Source: Bacteroidia bacterium
GTDB lineage: Bacteria > Bacteroidota > Bacteroidia > NS11-12g > UBA9320
Length of the DNA: 34,617 bases
Assembly: GCA_041689715.1 (NCBI GenBank)
Contig: JBDNFQ010000034.1
Coordinates: 1-34,617 of the forward strand
Reading direction: 5' to 3'
The notes below the pieces were generated by a model. It worked only from the letters and a program-made list of their open reading frames with translations, was not told the origin of the DNA and ran no database searches. Shown here in pieces: positions 17,479 through 27,123 of this stretch; the first letter of the stretch is position 1, and the number at the start of each line of letters is the position of its first letter. Both the position numbers and the translations under genes were made by a program.

Positions 17479-18398
17479 TAGATAAATATAAGCAAGAGAA
17501 TCCTCAGAGCCTTACGGCCACCTGTAGATTACTTGGGGTAAGCAGACAGGTTTATTATCGGTCCATTCGTTCAGTAAGAGACCGAAGGGCCACAGCACAA
17601 CAAGCAATATAAATGGTACAACAAATTAGATTAGAACTTCCAAGATTGGGAACACGCAAGCTCCATCACATACTACAAACTCCACTCAAAGAGATAGGAG
17701 TAGGTAGAGATAGATTATTTACAATACTACGAGCCAATCATATGCTGATAGAACCTAAGAGGAGTTATCATATCACGACAGATTCACATCATCGGTTCCG
17801 TAAACATAAGAATACAGCCAAGGGATTACCGTTGGTTAAACCAGAGCAACTTTGGGTGTCAGATATTACGTATGTAGGGAATAGAAAAAATCCAATGTAC
17901 TTAGCCTTAGTTACGGATGCTTATTCTAAGAAAATAATGGGTTATGATACTTCTTCAAGTTTATCAGCGATAGGCAGTGTAAGGGCGTTACGTATGGCCA
18001 TAAAGAATAGGAAGTATGATTGTCAACTCTTACATCACTCTGATAGAGGACTTCAATATTGTGGAGGAGACTATCAATCTGTTCTCAATAAGTATACGAT
18101 TAACTGCAGTATGACAGAGGCATATGATCCTTATGAAAATGCCGTGGCAGAAAGAGTTAATGGGATACTAAAACAAGAGTTCTTAGGGTATACTAACAAA
18201 CTAGACCTAAAGACTATGCAAGAATTAGTAGCTGATAGCGTTATCAGATATAATACTAAGAGACCGCATTACTCTTGTTATTACAAGACACCAGAGCAGA
18301 TGCATAAACAAAAAACAATAAAAATAAAAACCTATAAATCAAAAAGACTCAGTAATGATATCATTACTGAGTCTTTAAATGTAATTTTACAACCCTAA
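17457..18398 (+). pseudogene. IS3 OrfB (DDE integrase core) interrupted by in-frame TAA at 17610-17612
   Basis: -1 frame from the slippery site reads KLLTQVIDKYKQENPQSLTATCRLLGVSRQVYYRS...QQAI*MVQQIR...; DDE motifs WVSDITY, HHSDRG, NAVAERVNG intact in 17613-18398. Confidence 0.8.
18343..18376. repeat. Perfect 34-bp palindrome inside the IS right end, likely terminator
   Basis: AAAGACTCAGTAATGA-TA-TCATTACTGAGTCTTT. Confidence 0.9.
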
Positions 18399-18443
18399 TA
18401 AACTGTATCGCTTATTTAGGACGAGACACTTCTTAAAAAAGAA

Positions 18444-19307
18444 TTATCCTAGGTACGATTTCAATATTTTGCTCTTGCTAGACTTACGTAGTCTTCTAAG
18501 TGCTTTTTCCTTGATCTGACGTACACGCTCACGAGTAAGACCTACCTTGTCAGATATATCTTCTAATGTATGTGCTGGTCCGCCATCTAGTCCGTAGTAA
18601 TACTTCAGTACATCTCTTTCTTTTTCAGAAAGTGTAGAGATTACTCTGTTTATTTCTTTTCTAAGCGACTCATCCATCAATGGTTGGTCAGGATTTGGCT
18701 CATCGTTGTTATCTAAAACCCCGAGTAAGCTATTCTCTTCTCCTTCGATAAGCGGAGCATCTATAGACAAATGTCGTCCACTTGATTTGAATGCATTTTC
18801 TACCTCAGTCACAGATATCTCAAGTTCCTTTGCTATCTCCTCTGGAGTTGGCTCACGTTCTTGAAGCTGCTCTAGTCTAGCTGCTGCTGCACTTATTCTT
18901 CCTATACTACCCACTTTGTTTAGCGGTAGACGAACGATACGAGACTGATCTGCTAATGCTTGAAGTATAGATTGACGTATCCACCATACAGCATATGAGA
19001 TAAATTTAAAACCACGAGTCTCATCAAAACGTTTTGCCGCTTTTATCAAACCTAAGTTTCCTTCATTTATTAAATCACCTAGTGTTAATCCTTGATTTTG
19101 GTATTGTTTAGATACAGAAACCACAAAACGTAAGTTGGCATTTACCAATTTCTCTAAAGCAGCCTGGTCCCCTTCACGTATTCTTCCGGCCAAAACCACT
19201 TCTTCTTGAGCGTCAATCATTGACACTTTACTAATCTCGTTAAGATATTTATCTAACGATTTGTTTTCCCTGTTGGTAAACTGTTTTGAAATTTTAAGTT
19301 GTCTCAT
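18444..19307 (-). CDS. rpoD: Primary sigma factor, short Bacteroidota type
   Basis: MRQLKISK start, [45 protein letters not shown]; no region 1.1. Confidence 0.95.
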   Translation of the reverse strand: MRQLKISKQFTNRENKSLDKYLNEISKVSMIDAQEEVVLAGRIREGDQAALEKLVNANLRFVVSVSKQYQNQGLTLGDLINEGNLGLIKAAKRFDETRGFKFISYAVWWIRQSILQALADQSRIVRLPLNKVGSIGRISAAAARLEQLQEREPTPEEIAKELEISVTEVENAFKSSGRHLSIDAPLIEGEENSLLGVLDNNDEPNPDQPLMDESLRKEINRVISTLSEKERDVLKYYYGLDGGPAHTLEDISDKVGLTRERVRQIKEKALRRLRKSSKSKILKSYLG

Positions 19308-19343
19308 TTATTAGAAATGTTTCTGCTTTTAATTAATAACTTG

Positions 19344-19351
19344 CGAAGGTA
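19344..19351 (-). promoter_or_regulatory. -7-like box for rpoD
   Basis: Minus strand TACCTTCG (one mismatch to TAnnTTTG). Confidence 0.55.
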
Positions 19352-19406
19352 GCTTTTTGTGCGTAAAAAGCTAACAAAAACGCTTGTTTTAAAGCACATT
19401 ATGTAT

Positions 19407-19422
19407 AGCAAAAAGTGTGCCC
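19407..19422 (-). promoter_or_regulatory. Sigma-54-type -24/-12 site upstream of rpoD
   Basis: Minus strand GGGCACACTTTTTGCT = GGCAC-N5-TTGCT, exact GG-N10-GC spacing. Confidence 0.65.
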
Positions 19423-19449
19423 AATCCGTATTTTTCGAAGCAGGATTAC

Positions 19450-19457
19450 TACCTTTG
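19450..19457 (+). promoter_or_regulatory. -7 box for icd
   Basis: TACCTTTG, 21 nt before ATG. Confidence 0.7.
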
Positions 19458-19478
19458 TTCCATTAATATTTACAATAT

Positions 19479-20939
19479 ATGAGTAATGTGAAAATATCAG
19501 TTGCCAAAGGTGACGGTATAGGTCCGGAAATAATGGATGCTGTGTTAGCGGTTTTTAGTGCTGCTAAAGTTCCTTTGGAGTACGATTTTGTGGCCATGGG
19601 TAAAGGTGTATACGATCAAGGATACACTACTGGCATGACGGATGAAGCTAAACAAAGTATTGAATCTACAGGCATCCTTTTCAAAGGGCCTATGGAAACA
19701 CCTAAAGGAGGCGGAGTGAAAAGCATCAATGTAACTGCTCGTAAGACGTGGAACACGCACTCTAATATCAGGAAATTTCAAACCATAAAAGGTGTCGATA
19801 CTGTTTTTAGTAAAGCGGGTATCCCAATAAACTTAACTGTAGTTAGAGAAAATATAGAAGATACATATGGCGGCATAGAACACTATATGACAAAGGACGT
19901 GGCAGTAAGTCGCAGAATTATTTCAAGACCTGGTTCCGAGCAAGTGATTAGATCTGCTTTCGAAACTGCAATAAAAGAAGGATATAGCACTGTGACTTGT
20001 GGTCACAAGGCCAATGTTATGAAACTGACTGACGGAATGTTTCTAGATACTTTTTATGAAATAGCAAAGCTTTACCCACAGATAAAAGCAGAAGACATTA
20101 TAGTAGATGCCCTATGTATGAAACTGGTATATGCACCGCAAACATTTGAATGCATAGTACTTACCAATCTGCAAGGAGATATAGTTTCAGACCTTTGTGC
20201 TGGCTTAGTAGGTGGTTTAGGATTTGCTCCATCTGCAAATCTGGGCGACCACATCAAAATATTTGAAGCTGTACATGGCACTGCACCAGATATAGCGGGT
20301 CAAAATAAAGCCAACCCAACCTCACTTCTACTCAGTGGTACGCTTATGCTCAATCAAATGGGACTAGAACACTATGGAACTGCGATTAGAGATGCATTAT
20401 TATCTGCAATAGACAAAGGGGTACACACGGGAGATTTCGGTGCAGATAGGAGTAAGTCAGTGGGTACTATGGAATTTGCACAAGCAATTATTAAAGAATT
20501 AGACTTGAGTAAAATTACAGACTCAGATCCAGAAAAATATCATAAGCCAACTCTGCTCGCACAAAACAAGATGATGGTGAGTAGTGATGAAATTATAGAA
20601 ACAGTAGGCATAGATCTTTTTATTGAATCTGAGCAGCAAGCAGGCGACATAGCCACTATAGTCAATGCTCACTTAGATAGCGATATGGAGCTTACCACTA
20701 TTACAAATAGAGGTACACAGGTATGGCCAGAAGGCTCTGTGTACACAGACTTGGTAGATACTTACGTAGTTCGCATAGAAAAAAATACCGCCTCTGAAAT
20801 AAAGAAGAAAAAATTTATGGAACAGGCTATTCACCTATACGATTATCTCAATATTGGGTCCATAGAAATGCTTATTACAATAGATGGTAAGCGAAAGTAT
20901 TCTCTTGCACAAGGACAAAAAGTGAATGCACTAAATTGA
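19479..20939 (+). CDS. icd: Isocitrate dehydrogenase (long type with C-terminal extension, probably NADP)
   Basis: GDGIGPEI, KGPMETP, SINVTARK, VRENIEDTY, HKANVMK, NLQGDIVSD, EAVHGTAPDIAG; extra C-domain TNRGTQVWP. Confidence 0.9.
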   Translation: MSNVKISVAKGDGIGPEIMDAVLAVFSAAKVPLEYDFVAMGKGVYDQGYTTGMTDEAKQSIESTGILFKGPMETPKGGGVKSINVTARKTWNTHSNIRKFQTIKGVDTVFSKAGIPINLTVVRENIEDTYGGIEHYMTKDVAVSRRIISRPGSEQVIRSAFETAIKEGYSTVTCGHKANVMKLTDGMFLDTFYEIAKLYPQIKAEDIIVDALCMKLVYAPQTFECIVLTNLQGDIVSDLCAGLVGGLGFAPSANLGDHIKIFEAVHGTAPDIAGQNKANPTSLLLSGTLMLNQMGLEHYGTAIRDALLSAIDKGVHTGDFGADRSKSVGTMEFAQAIIKELDLSKITDSDPEKYHKPTLLAQNKMMVSSDEIIETVGIDLFIESEQQAGDIATIVNAHLDSDMELTTITNRGTQVWPEGSVYTDLVDTYVVRIEKNTASEIKKKKFMEQAIHLYDYLNIGSIEMLITIDGKRKYSLAQGQKVNALN

Positions 20940-21994
20940 GCAAGAGTGGCAATATAGCAGAATATTTCACCGGTCGTAAACTGGTGATTCCTATACTCAT
21001 TGGTCTAGCTACTGCCGCCTACTTTTTTTTGCAAAACTTTGATATTCATGCGTATCAAAGCATACACTGGACTATCACCACTAGCTTCTGGCTACTGGCA
21101 GCAGTCCTTTCTGTTTTTACTAGACTCCTGTGCTACGCATATAGACTTATAGTCTTGTCTAACTATGAACTATCTTGGCGTAGAGCTGTACAGGTTATCA
21201 TTCTGTGGGAGTTTTCATCTGCCATATCGCCAGGAATAGTAGGCGGTACTGCCGCTGCTCTATTGCTTTTAGCCAGAGAAAAAAAAATAGACACTGGAAA
21301 AGGAACTGCTATAGTACTAGCCACTTCCTTTCTAGACGTGCTTTTTTATGTGCTTGCAGTGCCGCTAATGGCACTTTGGGTCGCTAGAGCTGATGTAATT
21401 CCACACAGCATTGGTTATCTCGCAGAGGGGGCTATTTGGCAATATTTCATCACCATATATTCCCTCTTTTTAGGATGGGCTATTCTCTTAGGGTTTGGCT
21501 TGTTTTTTAAGCCTAGAGGAATTGCACAGTTTGTAATGTTTTTTACTAAGCTTCCTTTTTTAACTCGTTTTAGTAGCAAGGTAAAAAAATGGGGTGAGAA
21601 CTTAATCTTGGCAGCAGAGGCATTTCGTAAGGAAAGTTTTTGGCATTGGCTTAAAGCATTCTCAGGAACGAGCTTTGCGTGGATATCCAGATTTATACTG
21701 GTCAACTGTCTTATACTCGCTTTAGGAAATGGCAAGGAAGTAGCAGAAATATTTGCCAAGCAACTCGTAATGTGGGCTGCACTCATGATACCAGCTACTC
21801 CAGGAGCTGTAGGTATGGCCGAGTGGCTGTTTAGTGGCTTTATGAATGAATACTTTATGAATGCTCAGCTTACCAATACCACCGCATTCTTATGGCGACT
21901 TTTGAGTTATTGGCCTTACTTATTTGCAGGTCTTCTTGTGTTTCCTGTGTGGTATCGAGCTACTGCTAAGTTTAAGAAACTAAAGGTAGAGTAA
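20936..21994 (+). CDS. UPF0104 / lysylphosphatidylglycerol-synthase-TM family membrane protein
   Basis: Multi-TM; EFSSAISPGIVGG, PATPGAVGMAE, WRLLSYW. Confidence 0.85.
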   Translation: MSKSGNIAEYFTGRKLVIPILIGLATAAYFFLQNFDIHAYQSIHWTITTSFWLLAAVLSVFTRLLCYAYRLIVLSNYELSWRRAVQVIILWEFSSAISPGIVGGTAAALLLLAREKKIDTGKGTAIVLATSFLDVLFYVLAVPLMALWVARADVIPHSIGYLAEGAIWQYFITIYSLFLGWAILLGFGLFFKPRGIAQFVMFFTKLPFLTRFSSKVKKWGENLILAAEAFRKESFWHWLKAFSGTSFAWISRFILVNCLILALGNGKEVAEIFAKQLVMWAALMIPATPGAVGMAEWLFSGFMNEYFMNAQLTNTTAFLWRLLSYWPYLFAGLLVFPVWYRATAKFKKLKVE

Positions 21995-22117
21995 TAATAA
22001 ACTTAGTCCCTACTCCTAATTCAGAATTCAGCTCTATTGCACCCGCGTGATCTTCTATGATACTATACGATATAGATAAGCCTGTTCCTTTGCCCACAGG
22101 CTTGGTGGTATAGAATG
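21972..22117 (-). pseudogene. C-terminal remnant of a sensor histidine kinase (HATPase_c)
   Basis: Reads FYTTKPVGKGTGLSISYSIIEDHAGAIELNSELGVGTKFIITLPLVS*: F, G2 and G3 boxes, with GL missing from GTGLGLS; no start or upstream domains. Confidence 0.88.
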
Positions 22118-22695
22118 CCCCACTGCAAAGCATGTCACTTTAATATAAGGGTCTATTTCAGCGATTTCTTGAGCTGCAGATATAGCTTTGTTTTTGCCCA
22201 TTTCAGTTAGAGGTGCACGTATCCTAATTTAGATTCGACAATTCTATATCGTCAAAATCCGTTCCAAAGCAACCGTAGTAGCCACCGCTCGTCCAACAGA
22301 AAGACCTATAATGCCGATTTTCTTAGACCTTAAAATATCTTGCTCTTCCTGAGTCCTTTTTAATTTGTTTCTGTTCGTGCCAACTTCTATAAATTCTTCT
22401 TCATCAAGTCGATGTGAAAACTATTTTTTTTATGGATAGTACACCCAGACGCCACAGGTCTCAAGTGTTTCGTTATTTTCAATTAAATACTGCTCTACCA
22501 GCCCGGAGTTTAAGATGCTTTTTTTAAGACTATGATTTCTACTAGCGAGCAACTCTACTATTTGCGTATGAATCGTATCATAGCATTTATTCTCAGAGGA
22601 GTTTTTCATAGTCTGAAAAGTAGCCTTTTCCATATCATATCTGAGCCTAAAAAAGTAGGCTTAGGCACATTATTTATATTTTCAGTTGTAGTCAT
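22118..22695 (-). pseudogene. 5' remnant of a ThiF/MoeB (E1-like, Rv1355c-type) gene
   Basis: From ATG 22695 across frameshifts and stops: ...GVWVYYP*KK*FSHRLDEEEFIEVGTNRNK...KKIGIIGLSVGRAVA...ER / DFDDIELSNLN / RIR...KAISAAQEIAEIDPYIKVTCF. Confidence 0.82.
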
Positions 22696-22821
22696 AATGA
22701 CTTAAATACTAACTTTACTTTTTTATTTATTCCATTAAAAACTGTGAATCTCCCGAAAACAAACAAATAAGCAAGGATCTACATATAATTTAAATCTGGT
22801 CGCATTTTTACAAATATATTT

Positions 22822-23265
22822 TTGGTTGTCCACGATGACGAACCACAGAATCTAGCTGCTTTCAAAGCAAACTTTCGTAAAATTTTTAACGTTTCTGTAG
22901 CCAATGACGCTACTGCAGCTCTCGCTCTTATTAACGCTAATCACATAAGCGTTGTTATTACGGATCATATGATGCCGGATATATCTGGAGTAGACCTGTT
23001 AGAAATGTTAAAGGAGTCTCACCCGTACATTGGTCGCATACTTATCACAGGTTCGAGTGATATTAATATTGTAATAGAAGCAATAAACCGATGTAAGGTA
23101 TTTCGCTTCTTAACCAAACCTTGGGTCAAAGATGATTTGGTAGAGACAATAGAATCTTGTTTCCTACAAAATGAGAATAAGCACAAAGAAAATCTAGTAT
23201 CGGCTAAATTGGTAGAAACCAATCAGCAGCTAGAATTTATGCTTAGACAAAAACTCATCTCGTAA
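22822..23265 (+). CDS. Receiver-domain response regulator with short helical tail; start uncertain
   Basis: DDE, phosphoacceptor ITDHMMPD, LITG, FLTKPW; only a TTG start is available after the in-frame TAA at 22786. Confidence 0.85.
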   Translation: MVVHDDEPQNLAAFKANFRKIFNVSVANDATAALALINANHISVVITDHMMPDISGVDLLEMLKESHPYIGRILITGSSDINIVIEAINRCKVFRFLTKPWVKDDLVETIESCFLQNENKHKENLVSAKLVETNQQLEFMLRQKLIS

Positions 23266-23296
23266 ATAAGCAATAAACCATACCTTTGCCAATACA

Positions 23297-24373
23297 ATGA
23301 ATACAAAACCTTGTATTGGCATAACTATTGGCGATTTTAATGGTGTAGGCCCAGAGCTCATCTTAAAGACGCTAAGCAATAAACTTATTTTCAATTACTG
23401 TACACCAGTAGTTTACGGGACCACTCATATACTTACGCATTATAGCAACTTGCTAGCAATGCCCACTTTAGACTTCCATATTGTCAAAAGTAAAAAAGAT
23501 ATAAAAGAGGGTCAAATAAACTTAAGAGTATGTAGTACAGACCGAATTAATATCACACCAGGGTCTCCTAGCCTCGAAGCAGGGAAGCTGGCCATAGCGG
23601 CCTTGGACTTAGCTGTGGATGATATTAAAAACGGTATGCTTGAAAATATACTCACAGCACCTATTGATAAAGCCACTGCAGCCGAAGCAGGTTTGAGATT
23701 CAATGGTCACACACACTATTTTGCTCAGCAGTTTGAAAGTGACGTGCAAATGATCTTGCTAAACGATACACTTAGAGTTGCTATGGTTACCGGACATACT
23801 GCCCTAAACCAAGTGACGAATGAGCTCAGCACTGAGAAAATAGCTGCAACTGTAAGAACGCTTCACCAAAACCTAATCTCAGATTTTGGAATATCGAAGC
23901 CAAAAATAGCTGTGCTCGGAGTAAATCCACACGGCGGAGACAACGGCTTGATGGGCGATGAGGAAATAAAGATGATTTCACCTGCAATCAAACAATTACA
24001 AGACGAAGGCTTATTGGTTATAGGACCCTACCCGCCAGACGGGTTCTTTGGCTCATCAAATGCAGATAATTTTGACGGAGTAGTCGGAATGTATCACGAC
24101 CAAGTCCTTATTCCATTCAAACAAGTCGCTTTTTCGGAAGGGGTAAATTATACTGCTGGATTGCCAATTATACGCACTTCACCTGATCACGGAACAGCAT
24201 ATGACATTGCAGGCAAAGGATTAGTAGACAGTACATCCTTTATTAATGCTCTATACCTCATAAACAAGGTGCACCGAAACAGAATGGCGTATTATGATAC
24301 TAGTACATCTAAACTGCCTTTCAAAGAACATAGAAGAGAAAAATTCAGCATAGGAGTTCCAGATTTGAGATAA
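23297..24373 (+). CDS. pdxA: 4-hydroxythreonine-4-phosphate dehydrogenase
   Basis: ITIGDFNGVGPE, TAPIDK, GHT, NPHGGD, MYHDQ, RTSPDHGTA; TACCTTTG box at 23281-23288. Confidence 0.95.
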   Translation: MNTKPCIGITIGDFNGVGPELILKTLSNKLIFNYCTPVVYGTTHILTHYSNLLAMPTLDFHIVKSKKDIKEGQINLRVCSTDRINITPGSPSLEAGKLAIAALDLAVDDIKNGMLENILTAPIDKATAAEAGLRFNGHTHYFAQQFESDVQMILLNDTLRVAMVTGHTALNQVTNELSTEKIAATVRTLHQNLISDFGISKPKIAVLGVNPHGGDNGLMGDEEIKMISPAIKQLQDEGLLVIGPYPPDGFFGSSNADNFDGVVGMYHDQVLIPFKQVAFSEGVNYTAGLPIIRTSPDHGTAYDIAGKGLVDSTSFINALYLINKVHRNRMAYYDTSTSKLPFKEHRREKFSIGVPDLR

Positions 24374-24408
24374 GTCTTCTAAATAACTTGAATTACCGCT
24401 AAAATATT

Positions 24409-24416
24409 TACCTTTG
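24409..24416 (+). promoter_or_regulatory. -7 box for yceD-rpmF-plsX-fabH
   Basis: TACCTTTG with TTG 18 nt upstream. Confidence 0.75.
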
Positions 24417-24430
24417 CAGACTTTTTTACA

Positions 24431-24928
24431 ATGAAATTGACAGATTTTGATATTGAATTTATAAAATTTAAAAACGAAAAAGCCACATTTCATTATAAAA
24501 TAGATGATACGTTCTTTAAGATAAAGGAGAATAGTTTATTTTCTTCTGGAGAGATAAATAGTACTGTCGTTTGTGAAAAAAACGATGGAAACATAAGTGT
24601 GAAATATGAGCTAGGTGGTCATATGAATCTGCAATGCGAAAGGTGCTTGAATGACATTAAGATAGATGTAAAAAGTGAAAGACTCGACATACTGAGACTT
24701 ACCCAAAATGACGATTTACTAAAGGAGGAAAACTACCTGTCTGTAAATTATCAAGTATATAATATCTACGACTCACTCTACGAGCAAATATGCCTAGATT
24801 TACCTACCAGAAAAATTTGTAAACATTCCCTAAATCATGAAGAATGTGAAATAGAACATCCTAACGCAGATGATACCGAAGAGGTAGATGAGCGTTGGGC
24901 AGATTTAAAAAAAATAATAATAAAATAA
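24431..24928 (+). CDS. yceD: DUF177/YceD family protein
   Basis: CERCL motif, C-terminal DERWADLK, position before rpmF. Confidence 0.9.
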   Translation: MKLTDFDIEFIKFKNEKATFHYKIDDTFFKIKENSLFSSGEINSTVVCEKNDGNISVKYELGGHMNLQCERCLNDIKIDVKSERLDILRLTQNDDLLKEENYLSVNYQVYNIYDSLYEQICLDLPTRKICKHSLNHEECEIEHPNADDTEEVDERWADLKKIIIK

Positions 24929-24929
24929 A

Positions 24930-25115
24930 ATGGCACATCCTAAACGTAAGATTTCCAAGACTAGAAGAGACAAAAGAAGAACTCATTACAAATTAGGCAA
25001 TAGACAGCTCCATAGAGATCCGTCTACAGGTGAAGTACATCTTTACCACAGGCTTAATCTAGAAACAGGAATGTACAGAGGCGTTCAGGTTTTAGAACCT
25101 AATAACGCTGAATAA
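24930..25115 (+). CDS. rpmF: 50S ribosomal protein L32
   Basis: [21 protein letters not shown]...GMYRG. Confidence 0.96.
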   Translation: MAHPKRKISKTRRDKRRTHYKLGNRQLHRDPSTGEVHLYHRLNLETGMYRGVQVLEPNNAE

Positions 25116-25124
25116 CATATTTAT

Positions 25125-26072
25125 ATGAGAATTGGCATAGATGCCATGGGGGGTGATTTCGCTCCCAAAGAATGTATAAAAGCGGTGCTCGAAGAAGCTT
25201 CTGTGAAAAACTGCGAATACCAGTTTTTTATTTTTGGTGAGCAAAAAGCATTGAACGAATACCTAGAAGACCTCACTCACCCTAAAATCACTGTAATATA
25301 TACAGGTGAAAGTATAGGCATGGGCGAACACGCTACCAAAGCCGTAGCATCAAAAAAAGAGTCTAGTATTAATGTCGGTATGCACTATTTAGCAACTGAC
25401 CAGATAGACGCTTTTTTAAGTGCGGGTAACACTGGAGCGGTGATGGTGTCTGCACTTTATCAAGTGAAAACAATTTCGGGTATCGAGCGTCCCGCTTTAT
25501 CATCTGTACTGCCGCAGCAGAGTGGCACCACAGGAGTACTGCTGGATGTAGGTGCCAATAGTGATTTGAAACCTGAGACACTTGCCAAATTTGCTGTATT
25601 AGGCAGCGAATATGCTAAGGCGGTTTATGGAATAAAAAATCCGCGAGTTGGTCTGATAAATATTGGTGAAGAAGAAGAAAAAGGAAATATGTTAACTAAA
25701 GGTGCTTACCCTCTTCTGAAAGACCAAAACGGTATAAATTTCATAGGTAACGTAGAAGGAAGACATCTATTTAATGACAAAGTAGATGTTGCTGTATGTG
25801 ATGGCTTTACCGGAAATGTAATTGTAAAATCGTGTGAAGGGTTCTTTTATAATCTCCTTAAAAGAGGGGTAGAAGATGACTTTCTAGATAAATTTAACTT
25901 CGAGCACTATGGCGGTACACCTATTCTTGGCATTAAGAAACCAGTAATCGTAGGACACGGCATTACAAAAGCCAAAACCTTCAGAAACATGATAAAACTC
26001 TCGAAAAATGTGGTAGATTCAAATTTAATTTCTAAGATTGAACTATCTTTTTCTGCAACAACGAGCACTTAA
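25125..26072 (+). CDS. plsX: Phosphate acyltransferase
   Basis: DAMGGDFAP, SAGNTGA, ERPAL, LDVGAN, NIGEEEEKG, DGFTGN. Confidence 0.96.
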   Translation: MRIGIDAMGGDFAPKECIKAVLEEASVKNCEYQFFIFGEQKALNEYLEDLTHPKITVIYTGESIGMGEHATKAVASKKESSINVGMHYLATDQIDAFLSAGNTGAVMVSALYQVKTISGIERPALSSVLPQQSGTTGVLLDVGANSDLKPETLAKFAVLGSEYAKAVYGIKNPRVGLINIGEEEEKGNMLTKGAYPLLKDQNGINFIGNVEGRHLFNDKVDVAVCDGFTGNVIVKSCEGFFYNLLKRGVEDDFLDKFNFEHYGGTPILGIKKPVIVGHGITKAKTFRNMIKLSKNVVDSNLISKIELSFSATTST

Positions 26073-26094
26073 CTTAAACCGAAGACATAAAAAT

Positions 26095-27087
26095 ATGCGA
26101 GCAGCTATAACAGCGGTAGGAGGCTATGTGCCAGAAAAAATCATTACCAATAAGGATTTAGAAAAACTCGTAGATACTTCTGATGAGTGGATCCTAAGCC
26201 GAACGGGGATAAAAGAACGCAGAGTGATGGAAGACGGAACTGCCACTAGTGACATCTGTGTAGAGGCTATAAAACAGATTTTAGCCAAACGAAACATTAC
26301 GGCTGAAGAAATAGATCTAATTATAGTAGCCACCGTAACTCCAGATCTTGTTTTTCCTGCAACGGGAAATATAGTTTCTGATAAAATAGGGGCAATAAAT
26401 GCTTGGAGCTTTGATATAAGTGCTGCCTGCTCTGGATTTCTTTATGCTCTAGAAACTGGAAGTAAATTCATAGAATGTGGTAAACATAAAAAAGTGATTG
26501 TATGCGGGGCAGACAAGATGTCCTCCATAATAAACTATGAAGACAGAAACACTTGTATCATTTTTGGTGACGGTGGTGGAGCTGTACTGTTAGAACCTTC
26601 TGAGGACGAATCTGTAGGAATAATGGATAGTATTTTAAAATCTGATGGATCCGGTCGAGAATTTTTACATCAAAAAGCCGGCGGATCATTAAAGCCTGCA
26701 AGTCACGAAACTATAGATGCACGCGAACATGCAGTCTTTCAGGAAGGTAAAACAGTGTTTAAATTTGCTGTGACCAACATGGCAGACGTAAGCCGAGAGA
26801 TAATGGATAGGAACAATCTAACCGGAGCAGATGTAGATTATTTATGTGCCCATCAAGCAAACCTCAGAATCATCGATGCTACGGCTAAACGAATGGAGCT
26901 AGATGATGACAAGGTGCTTATTAACATTGAAAAATATGGGAACACAACAGCTGGCACCATTCCTCTACTATTTTCCGATTTTGAAAAAAGATTCAAAAAA
27001 GGAGATAATATTGTCTTGGCGGCCTTTGGAGGAGGATTTACTTGGGGAGCTACTTACCTAAAATGGGCATATAACCCAGAAAAATAA
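26095..27087 (+). CDS. fabH: Beta-ketoacyl-ACP synthase III
   Basis: Triad AACSGF, HQAN, GNT; FGGGFTWG; ATG 26095 preferred over the overlapping 26038 start. Confidence 0.96.
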   Translation: MRAAITAVGGYVPEKIITNKDLEKLVDTSDEWILSRTGIKERRVMEDGTATSDICVEAIKQILAKRNITAEEIDLIIVATVTPDLVFPATGNIVSDKIGAINAWSFDISAACSGFLYALETGSKFIECGKHKKVIVCGADKMSSIINYEDRNTCIIFGDGGGAVLLEPSEDESVGIMDSILKSDGSGREFLHQKAGGSLKPASHETIDAREHAVFQEGKTVFKFAVTNMADVSREIMDRNNLTGADVDYLCAHQANLRIIDATAKRMELDDDKVLINIEKYGNTTAGTIPLLFSDFEKRFKKGDNIVLAAFGGGFTWGATYLKWAYNPEK

Positions 27088-27123
27088 GAATTAATACTAT
27101 TTTCGTTAAAGATTAAATTAGAT

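Larger units (their letters stand above)
17038..18428 (+). mobile_element. IS3-family insertion sequence, 1391 bp
   Basis: TG...CA ends; IRL TGTCTAGTCCTGAAATAGCGTTACA vs IRR (reverse complement) TGTCTCGTCCTAAATAAGCGATACA, 20/25 match; CTT duplication at 17035-17037 and 18429-18431; orfA/orfB layout. Confidence 0.95.

Noticed and set aside
22430-22633. 67-aa ORF as a stand-alone gene
   Set aside because: It is one fragment of the ThiF-type pseudogene; similarity continues past its stop.
22691-22701. GTCAT-A-ATGAC palindrome at the pseudogene start
   Set aside because: 5-bp arms are expected by chance.
24930-25115. L32 without zinc-ribbon cysteines
   Set aside because: Cys-less L32 variants are common, and the gene is in its normal operon.
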